A program made the position numbers and the translations under genes. From a virus, in IMG/VR virus record IMGVR_UViG_3300044655_001643: 64,000 bases of DNA; one strand, written 5' to 3'. The notes beneath the pieces are model-generated. The model did not search any database, was not told the DNA's origin, and saw nothing but the letters and a program-made list of their open reading frames with translations. Shown here in pieces: positions 1-7,184 of this stretch (positions within the stretch are counted from its first letter, which is position 1; every line of letters begins with the position of its first letter).

Positions 1-74
1 AGTGCTTTGTGCCACTGGTCAATATAAGGATTCTTTGGAAGTAATTCTTTTAGTTGTTCTTTTGTCAATTCCAT
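1..74 (-). CDS. N-terminus of probable endolysin (GH19 chitinase/lysozyme-like), truncated by window edge
   Basis: Manual translation from ATG at 74: MELTKEQLKELLPKNPYIDQWHKAL. Resembles N-termini of phage GH19 endolysins and lies just downstream of the spanin pair. Only 24 codons visible. Confidence 0.45.
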   Translation of the reverse strand, partial: MELTKEQLKELLPKNPYIDQWHKA

Positions 75-75
75 A

Positions 76-192
76 TCATTCCTTTACGAATAATGATTTT
101 ATTTTTGTTTGAATATCTTTAGCATATTGTGGCTGTGGAAAATTCCAACCAATGAAAGCACCAACTAAAATCCAAAATAGAGTTTCTAGCAT
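76..192 (-). CDS. small membrane protein (38 aa) in lysis cassette
   Basis: Manual translation MLETLFWILVGAFIGWNFPQPQYAKDIQTKIKSLFVKE; AGGAGA RBS upstream; one hydrophobic helix. Confidence 0.65.
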   Translation of the reverse strand: MLETLFWILVGAFIGWNFPQPQYAKDIQTKIKSLFVKE

Positions 193-201
193 GTTCTCTC
201 C

Positions 202-468
202 TTATTTTACAGACTCAAATATCTTCTTTTGTTTCACATGCCAATCATTCCACTGTTCAACTTTCACAGCACACTCATGATACAAAGTATAGTTTTCAAC
301 TACAGTTTTATGTAAATCTACAATTGAAACCGAATCTGATTCAATCTTATTCAAAGGTGGACATCTTTCAGTCAATGACTTAGGCGCATTTGGAAACTTT
401 GCAACTACTGGCACAGTTGTTGAACAACCCGTCAGTAAAGCAAAGAATAATATTGCAAATAGTTTCAT
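202..468 (-). CDS. o-spanin (Rz1-like outer-membrane lipoprotein)
   Basis: Lipobox LLTGC after a hydrophobic signal, Pro-rich segment, overlaps the end of the Rz-like gene. Confidence 0.75.
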   Translation of the reverse strand: MKLFAILFFALLTGCSTTVPVVAKFPNAPKSLTERCPPLNKIESDSVSIVDLHKTVVENYTLYHECAVKVEQWNDWHVKQKKIFESVK

Positions 469-980
469 TTTAGCTCAGCCGCTTTGTTATGTTCTTCTAC
501 GATAATTTTTGGTACTGGACAATTCTTGATAGAATCTAAAAGTTCTTTTTGTTTCTTTTCAAATGCTGCTCTTTCTTCAGCAGACATATCTTTTACAATT
601 TCAACTGTCTTACCTTCAACAAGACGATTGATGTATTCAACTCTTGTTTTGCCTTTTTCACGAATGAGTTTTGTTTTTTCAACTGTTTGCGCTTCTATCT
701 CTTCGTTGGCTAATTGTGCTTGTGCTTCTGCTTGCTTCACTTTGATTTCCATGGCTTCAACTCTTTCACGCCATTCTTTTTCTACGCTGAAACCACCTTT
801 CCAGTATAGGCCGACGCAGAACAAAGCAATCGAAATATACTTGATAGGAGTTAGATAAGAACTTACAAATGGTAGTTTGCTACCAAAGAATCCCAATACA
901 ATACCAATAATGCTACCAACTAATGTAGCATTGATGATGAACTCTAGAAGTCCTGTAGGCAGAAAACTAAGAAGCCACAT
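465..980 (-). CDS. i-spanin (Rz-like)
   Basis: N-terminal TM segments followed by a coiled coil, C-terminal Cys, adjacent to a lipoprotein gene. Confidence 0.7.
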   Translation of the reverse strand: MWLLSFLPTGLLEFIINATLVGSIIGIVLGFFGSKLPFVSSYLTPIKYISIALFCVGLYWKGGFSVEKEWRERVEAMEIKVKQAEAQAQLANEEIEAQTVEKTKLIREKGKTRVEYINRLVEGKTVEIVKDMSAEERAAFEKKQKELLDSIKNCPVPKIIVEEHNKAAELK

Positions 981-1203
981 TTGTTTTTCTCTTTATGAAT
1001 GAAATGAATGTTGCTGTCTTGCGTTTCTTTACGCCAGGTTCGCCCTGTGAACCAACGCCAAGACCAGCAATCGCACCGCCACCAACGGCATTTGCTGGAG
1101 CACCACCCATGGCGCCAGCATCTTCTTCAAGTGGCTTGCAGACTTTATCAGTAGAACACCAATAGTATCCAGCACCACATTTTTGTTTGAATTCGTTAGA
1201 CAT
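967..1203 (-). CDS. hypothetical late protein (start likely MSNEFKQK at 1203)
   Basis: The ORF-track start at 1263 overlaps the upstream gene; TATAAATA lies 5 nt upstream of ATG 1203. Confidence 0.6.
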   Translation of the reverse strand: MSNEFKQKCGAGYYWCSTDKVCKPLEEDAGAMGGAPANAVGGGAIAGLGVGSQGEPGVKKRKTATFISFIKRKTNVAS

Positions 1204-1208
1204 AGGTA

Positions 1209-1216
1209 TATTTATA
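1209..1216 (-). promoter_or_regulatory. T4-type late promoter TATAAATA
   Basis: Exact gp55 consensus, upstream of the lysis genes. Confidence 0.7.
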
Positions 1217-1217
1217 A

Positions 1218-1946
1218 TTAGTAACCCGTACCACCAACGTAGTACCCAGTATAAACTGTCCATGATGTACCAGTGCTATTCCCAACCATGACATAACTCT
1301 GATTAGCAGTTACGCCACGACCATTTGGCCCCAAATCACCGCCTGTCAATTTAGCCGTCTGACTGTATAAACCAGAGATGACACTCGCATTATTATTGCC
1401 TCTTGCTTGCACACCAACTAATAATTCAATCCATGGATTACCGCTAGTCAAACTTGGATTGAAGAATGTCAACTCATACACCATGTTTGGATTGCCTGGT
1501 GTACCTGATGTTGATGCTGTGCCTTCCCAACGCAATCTTGAATAGTCTGTGCCAGAAGTTATTCGTGACACTCTTTGCCATGAGTTATCAGTAGCAGCAA
1601 AAAATATTTTATTCAAGGCTGGATTAGTTGCAGACAAAGCATTGAATACAGTGCTACCAGAACCAAACGTTACATAATAATTTGAGTTCGGGAAATAAGT
1701 TGTGTAACCTGTATTGTTATATGTCCAAGTAAATGGTAATGATACACTAGTATTAGCATCATCACCAGTCACAGATATAATAGATGTCCAACCAGAAGCA
1801 GGAAATGGACTTTGTGCAGCAACACCCAATACTGGTAATTTTGTGCCAGTTTCTAATGTATAGACAGGAGCGGGTGGTGGCGCACCAACACCTGCATTGA
1901 CACCGATACCACCTGTGATTGTGATTCCTGGACCTATGACTATCAT
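1218..1946 (-). CDS. hypothetical, probable virion structural/fibre-like protein
   Basis: 242 aa, G/T/N/S-rich beta-type composition. Confidence 0.55.
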   Translation of the reverse strand: MIVIGPGITITGGIGVNAGVGAPPPAPVYTLETGTKLPVLGVAAQSPFPASGWTSIISVTGDDANTSVSLPFTWTYNNTGYTTYFPNSNYYVTFGSGSTVFNALSATNPALNKIFFAATDNSWQRVSRITSGTDYSRLRWEGTASTSGTPGNPNMVYELTFFNPSLTSGNPWIELLVGVQARGNNNASVISGLYSQTAKLTGGDLGPNGRGVTANQSYVMVGNSTGTSWTVYTGYYVGGTGY

Positions 1947-2335
1947 TTTAGATTTCTGAGTTCGTTGGCAATATTCATATCAACCATAATATCAGATGAT
2001 AGAATATCTTTACCATTGATACCTCTGACTCTTTCTGGCATGATATTCAAGAATGTCAAATAAGTTTTGAGAATGCTATAATCATCTTTGTTCATATTGA
2101 AAAACAACAATCTTGCTGTTACTTCAGGACCAAAAAGATTATAAAGAACTACGATGTGATTGATGATAAGACGTTCACGCATCTCACCATGTTTACGATA
2201 TCTACGAAAAAGTCTTTTGAGATAATTCAACTTCTTTATATCTTCAGTAAACTCACTCATAACGCAATTAGGCTTATCATAAGCCTTTGCAGCGTATAAC
2301 AGAATATTTTCTTCGGTCAGATTCTCAAAAGACAT
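1943..2335 (-). CDS. conserved hypothetical T4-like phage protein
   Basis: 130 aa, LLYAAKAYDKPNC...EFTEDIKKLNYLKRLF pattern familiar from T4-like phages. Confidence 0.7.
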   Translation of the reverse strand: MSFENLTEENILLYAAKAYDKPNCVMSEFTEDIKKLNYLKRLFRRYRKHGEMRERLIINHIVVLYNLFGPEVTARLLFFNMNKDDYSILKTYLTFLNIMPERVRGINGKDILSSDIMVDMNIANELRNLK

Positions 2336-2344
2336 TATATAAAC

Positions 2345-2364
2345 GGGCTACCCGAAGGTAGCCC
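2345..2364 (-). terminator. C(UUCG)G hairpin, likely terminator or mRNA-stabilising stem
   Basis: GGGCTACC-TTCG-GGTAGCCC then GTTT; UUCG tetraloops are typical of T4-like intergenic hairpins. Confidence 0.7.
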
Positions 2365-2372
2365 ACTCTCAA

Positions 2373-2951
2373 TTAAGCGTCAGGTGCGATAGCGTCATCA
2401 GAAGCATCACCAGTCATTGAACCCATAGCAACCAGTGTCTCAAATGTGGTACGACCGTTACGACCGCCCATTGTGATTGTGAACACTGTGTTACCAAATG
2501 TGTTTGTTGTTGGTGTGCCTGTGTACAAACCAGCGTTTGACACATTGATTGTTGTAATTCTACCTGTAGCGGCAGTTGTTACAGAAACCTGAGCGGCAGT
2601 ATTGTTTGTACCACCACCAGACAGTACAAGTGTATATGTACATGCTGATGCTGCTGGACCTACAGCGTCAGTGTTTGCTGTAACTGAAGCAATTGGACCT
2701 GAACCTTTAGTACGTGCTACCCAACCAGCGTGTGTTGGTGTACCATCAGTAATCAGACCTTCTTCTGTTGTATCGATGCCAAATACGCCAAACTCAACGT
2801 TAGTTCTTGTGGCGCTCATGAATGTGTTACCAAATACTGAAGAAGGCTGAGAGTTAGCCAGACTTTCGCCAGTAGTTGATGTATCGTAGCCAGTTAGACC
2901 TGAAAAGTTTGGAGCATTGTTAGATGCATCTACATTTCCCCAAAGTGACAT
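2373..2951 (-). CDS. conserved hypothetical probable virion protein
   Basis: MSLWG...HAGWV...ETLVAM pattern; CATAAATA late-promoter variant at 2980-2987. Confidence 0.6.
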   Translation of the reverse strand: MSLWGNVDASNNAPNFSGLTGYDTSTTGESLANSQPSSVFGNTFMSATRTNVEFGVFGIDTTEEGLITDGTPTHAGWVARTKGSGPIASVTANTDAVGPAASACTYTLVLSGGGTNNTAAQVSVTTAATGRITTINVSNAGLYTGTPTTNTFGNTVFTITMGGRNGRTTFETLVAMGSMTGDASDDAIAPDA

Positions 2952-2990
2952 GTTTTTCTCCTATAAATCTTTGATTAGTTATTTATGTTA

Positions 2991-4490
2991 TTACGGTGCT
3001 TTCTGAATATCACTTGACAATTCGGGTTCTTTCTGGAACTTGTCCGATGCCTCATCTTTTTCGTCTTTTCTGCTCTTAGCAGTGTCTCTGACAATCTGTG
3101 CTTTACGTGACAGAGTTCTTGCTGCCATGCTTGGTTCGTCGGAAGTCTCTTCGTTGACAGATTTCCAACCACCGCCCATTTCTTTGTATTTCTTTGCAGC
3201 CCAACCGTTAGCATATGCTGATGGATATACATCAAACTTAGACTTTGCTTGTGCTTTGGCTTGTGCCCATTTTTCTGGAGAAGTTGGAACATTCTTTTCA
3301 TCAAGTTGTTCAACTTCTTCTTTGACATGACCATATTTCTTTTTATACCAGTCGGGCATACCACTCTTTTTACGGAAATGACGAACTGTTGCAGAATCAT
3401 TTGCTTGGTCACGATATTTGTTCTCTGCTTGTGTATTGTGACCTTTCATTGCTTCGGCTGCTTCATGTGCATCTTTGGCAATGTGAATTAGTGCTTCATC
3501 CGATTTCTTGTGATACTCATGACCTTCTAATGGATGGCGCTGAGATGGACGACCTTCTTGAAGTTCAACTTCTTCTTTTTGATATTTCTTCTTCAAGTAT
3601 TTGTCAACCTTGCGTTCGTACTCACCCTTTGGTTGTTTTCCTACTTTAGGCTTGATGCCTTTTTCTTTCATACTAACAGCAATCGCTGCTTGTTGCGCTG
3701 AACTTACTGCTTCATTCAATTCACCACGCAGATAGTTTGCTGCTGTTGAAATATAATCTTCAGCAAGTGTAACTTTTGATTGCACCCACTCCGGCAGATT
3801 TGTATTTTCTTCCAACATGTCCATCATATCTTGAGCATTGAACATCAATGAACGAAGTTGTGACATTGCCATATCACCCTCGTAATCATACTCACGTGGG
3901 TCTTTTGCTTCTTTTAGATTTGATTTTTTCATACCATTTTCTCTTAGTTTGACATTAGCACTGTCGCTAGTTGATCTTGGTGTTGCTGTTGACACACTTG
4001 AAACAGTATGTGGTACAGTAGGTCTAAATCTACCCTTTTCGGCGTGTTGCTCATCAATTTCAATTTCTTCCGAAACTCTTGATGCTTTCATGATACCACG
4101 AATCAATGGTGCTTTGAGTTGCTTATGTCGTGGAACAGCAATGTGTTGTTTCGACTTTGGATGTGAATAAACATCATGACCACCACCAGTACGTGCCAAC
4201 GACCAACCTGATTTTTTCAAGTGAGCATGAACGTCACGTGTTTTCATGCTTGACTCTGGCATTTCATCAAGCATTTCAACTTCTTCTTTGACGCCATATT
4301 TCTTCTTCAGAGAAGATTGGTGTGCCATGCGTTCATTGTCATCTTTGATATCATAAGATTTACCAAACTCTTTATAATAATCAGGATGTGGCAAACCACT
4401 CTTCTTACGAAGTTCTTGTTGTCTCTGAGCCAACTTCTCAGCCACACCTTCACGCATAGCTGAGAAATACTTTTTTGATTTATCGGACAT
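2991..4490 (-). CDS. modular protein with HicA-like domain and repeated acidic L/I-x-E linkers (putative packaged polyprotein)
   Basis: 499 aa; KEEVEMLDE, EEIEIDE, KEEVELQE and KEEVEQLDE linkers separate basic modules; aa ~82-138 HicA-like. Confidence 0.75.
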   Translation of the reverse strand: MSDKSKKYFSAMREGVAEKLAQRQQELRKKSGLPHPDYYKEFGKSYDIKDDNERMAHQSSLKKKYGVKEEVEMLDEMPESSMKTRDVHAHLKKSGWSLARTGGGHDVYSHPKSKQHIAVPRHKQLKAPLIRGIMKASRVSEEIEIDEQHAEKGRFRPTVPHTVSSVSTATPRSTSDSANVKLRENGMKKSNLKEAKDPREYDYEGDMAMSQLRSLMFNAQDMMDMLEENTNLPEWVQSKVTLAEDYISTAANYLRGELNEAVSSAQQAAIAVSMKEKGIKPKVGKQPKGEYERKVDKYLKKKYQKEEVELQEGRPSQRHPLEGHEYHKKSDEALIHIAKDAHEAAEAMKGHNTQAENKYRDQANDSATVRHFRKKSGMPDWYKKKYGHVKEEVEQLDEKNVPTSPEKWAQAKAQAKSKFDVYPSAYANGWAAKKYKEMGGGWKSVNEETSDEPSMAARTLSRKAQIVRDTAKSRKDEKDEASDKFQKEPELSSDIQKAP

Positions 4491-4492
4491 GA

Positions 4493-5326
4493 TTAGTCCT
4501 TTTTAGCCATCTTGGTTGCAGTTGCATACATTACTGATTTAGCACGTTCACCATAACGCTGTTTGAAGCCAGAAAGACCTTTCTTCATGCCTTTTACATA
4601 CTCTTCTTTTTTTCCTGCTTCACTCTTTGTCAATGTACGCTCATCAAGTTCAACAGATTCTGGCATTTCTTTTACGCCAGTTGTTTTACCAACAGCAACT
4701 TTTGGTTGTTTCTTTTTGCCTTCAAAACTTGCCAGTTGATCTTTGTACTCTTTTGTGAATTCATCGTTTGTAACTTCTTCTTCAACTGTAGTTTCAACAA
4801 AGCCATTTACTTTGTCGGCATCAATGACTTCAATTGTTGTGCCGTCAATGTTCATTTCTTCTTTTTCAATTGGTGCCAATACTTTGATACCATGTTCATT
4901 GTAAAGTTCAAGCATTTCTGTGAATGACAGTTGTTCATTTACACGTGTCGAACGTTTGTAGTTCTGACGAGCGCCATAACCTTTTTTTGCTTTTGGTGTA
5001 TCATCTTCATCTTTTTCATCTTCATAATCACGCTTGTGAACCAGACCCGTGGCAGTCTTTGTTACGGAACCAGTTGCGGTCTTACCAGCAGTCATACGTT
5101 TTTTAGCGTCTGCTACAGTTGGAAATGATTCATTCAGTTGTTCAACTTCTTCTTTTTTCATGCTCGGCTTTTTACCAGCACGAAGCAGTTTGAAGTCATG
5201 GGCATCAACTTTGCCATTTTTGTTGGCATCAATCTTATGCTGATTACCTTTCAACTCTTCTTGTTGCATCACTTTCATTACCGCTTCTGCAACACTCTTA
5301 TTGATTTTATTGTCGAAAATTGACAT
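4493..5326 (-). CDS. modular hypothetical protein with EF-hand-like loop and acidic linkers
   Basis: 277 aa; DANKNGKVDAHDF loop; KEEVEQLNE and ESVELDE linkers. Confidence 0.7.
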   Translation of the reverse strand: MSIFDNKINKSVAEAVMKVMQQEELKGNQHKIDANKNGKVDAHDFKLLRAGKKPSMKKEEVEQLNESFPTVADAKKRMTAGKTATGSVTKTATGLVHKRDYEDEKDEDDTPKAKKGYGARQNYKRSTRVNEQLSFTEMLELYNEHGIKVLAPIEKEEMNIDGTTIEVIDADKVNGFVETTVEEEVTNDEFTKEYKDQLASFEGKKKQPKVAVGKTTGVKEMPESVELDERTLTKSEAGKKEEYVKGMKKGLSGFKQRYGERAKSVMYATATKMAKKD

Positions 5327-5348
5327 TTGATTCTCCTATTAGTTTTTG

Positions 5349-6656
5349 TTATCTTGTGATTTCTTCCCAGTCCATAGAACCATATATGTCGGCGCCGTTG
5401 GTACTTGCCGAAGCGACTAATGTTAGTTCATATGCTGTGTTTGCCAAACTGTTTCTCTCTAGTTGAAACTTGAACAATGCTTCTTTGAGAATATCGACCG
5501 GCGATATACTTTGAGTAGTTGCACCTGTAAATCCAGATGCTAATATTCTACCGCCCGTAACTGATCCACCATCCAATTTATATTCTACAGCAGAATCAAT
5601 TCCAGCACTTACCCATGTTCCACCACCCGATGTGTTTGCATTTGCTCTCACTTGCCAGTTATAATATGCATTATTTGTTATACCTAATATTGATAGTGCG
5701 GTTAGAATAACAATCGCATCTAAACGATTTTGTTTCAGTCGTATTGAAACAACTGGATAATATGTTCCTGCTGTTGGTAAATCAACTGGCGCAGTAATTG
5801 TTGTTCCTACTGCCTGTTGCGTACCATATAATTCATAACCACCCTCAGAGATTACAGTAGAACAAATCTGACTCAGTGTTGAATTACTTGCCGTCACACC
5901 GGTATTTTTTATCTCCAGTCTTAGTGGCAATGATGCTGTTGTCATGTAAGGCACAGTAATTTGATTTTCGTGGTGAAAAACATGAGCGGGTAACATTTTT
6001 CCGTCAACAACAAAACCGCAACGAACATCACCAACGCCTAGCCACTCAACATCAATCCAAAAGATATTTGCTTTACCCACATCTAATGAATTGCGTTCAA
6101 AACCATATTGTGTTGAATAACCAGTGCCATCAAACTTATCAACATTCCAATCAGACTGGGCTACTCTTGTTTCCGTAACTGTGCTTGAAGTATTTGTTCT
6201 CACCACAAGATAATTTGTATTACCATTATTCTCTAAGTAAATGCCATTACTATCTCCAAAATAACCGACTCTTTGACGAAGATTTGCTTTTGGTTGGCTA
6301 AATGCAACCGAATTCATGATCAGCAATGATTTACCTGGTTGATATGAAAACACTTTAGTTGTCTCACGAATGACTTCAGCATTTGCTGTTGTGCCAACAG
6401 TCATGTCAACTGTACTTTGATTTTCTACGAATGCATATGAACTATTACCCGCTGTGTTTGATGATGCCCATAAACCATTATCATTGAATCTATGCGAACT
6501 CTCAAAAAGTGTAAATGGTAGAGCAGTACGTAAACGACCGAATGCATCTGTCAATGAGCCAGATGGTGTAAGACGATCAGACATCATATTCACTTCATAA
6601 CGAGTGAATACTTGTCCTGAATCTATCTTGTTTAGATCGGTCCTAAACTGTGCCAT
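5349..6656 (-). CDS. hypothetical, probable virion structural protein
   Basis: 435 aa; DAFGRLR motif; T/N/S/G-rich beta composition. Confidence 0.6.
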   Translation of the reverse strand: MAQFRTDLNKIDSGQVFTRYEVNMMSDRLTPSGSLTDAFGRLRTALPFTLFESSHRFNDNGLWASSNTAGNSSYAFVENQSTVDMTVGTTANAEVIRETTKVFSYQPGKSLLIMNSVAFSQPKANLRQRVGYFGDSNGIYLENNGNTNYLVVRTNTSSTVTETRVAQSDWNVDKFDGTGYSTQYGFERNSLDVGKANIFWIDVEWLGVGDVRCGFVVDGKMLPAHVFHHENQITVPYMTTASLPLRLEIKNTGVTASNSTLSQICSTVISEGGYELYGTQQAVGTTITAPVDLPTAGTYYPVVSIRLKQNRLDAIVILTALSILGITNNAYYNWQVRANANTSGGGTWVSAGIDSAVEYKLDGGSVTGGRILASGFTGATTQSISPVDILKEALFKFQLERNSLANTAYELTLVASASTNGADIYGSMDWEEITR

Positions 6657-7184
6657 TTAGCAGTTCCACTTTCTCAAGGCTTTATTGATACGTGAATCTG
6701 GATCACGTGCTGTCTTTGCTGATGTGAGTCTGCGTTTCATGCCGCCCATTCTGGCGCAAAATGACTTACGACGGTTTGCTGCTTTAGAACCAGGCTTCAA
6801 CTTCGATGGCTTTGTTGTAACAGCCATTGATAACTTTGAACCAGGATTAGCACGACGATATGATTCAATACCTTTCCGATTCAAACCACCAGATTCAGAT
6901 TGACCTTCTTTGCGTGTCCATGCTTCACCTTCATCAAGTTCAATTTCTTCATTTCTAATTGCTTTGATTTGAGCATCTGTAGGTGCACCCTCTTCACCAG
7001 GTTTTCTCATGCGCTCACCACGGGCTCTTTTGGCACGAATGTTTGCCCACAATCCTGGGCGCTCTTCTTCTAGTTCTTCAACTTCTTCTTTGACACATGA
7101 GCCAGGAGAATAAGGTTTTTTACCTGGCACCGACTTATAGCCAGGCCAGCATCTCTCATCTAAGTGTTGTTTGAACGATTTCAT
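6657..7184 (-). CDS. modular basic protein (DUF6321-like C-terminus) with capsid-targeting-like N-terminus
   Basis: MKSFKQHLDE start; KEEVEELEE and EEIELDE linkers; RRKSFCARM...SRINKALRKWNC end. Confidence 0.7.
   Translation of the reverse strand: MKSFKQHLDERCWPGYKSVPGKKPYSPGSCVKEEVEELEEERPGLWANIRAKRARGERMRKPGEEGAPTDAQIKAIRNEEIELDEGEAWTRKEGQSESGGLNRKGIESYRRANPGSKLSMAVTTKPSKLKPGSKAANRRKSFCARMGGMKRRLTSAKTARDPDSRINKALRKWNC

Larger units (their letters stand above)
3309..7094. repeat. dispersed 18-bp exact repeat ttcaacttcttctttgac (3309-3326, 4275-4292, 7077-7094), encoding VKEEVE, plus degenerate copies
   Basis: Read directly from the sequence; degenerate copies near 3560, 4050, 4640, 5130 and 6930. 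Confidence 0.8.

Noticed and set aside
3297-7094. CRISPR-like or tandem-repeat array
   Set aside because: The repeats are short, in-frame, irregularly spaced and inside coding sequence; no cas genes.
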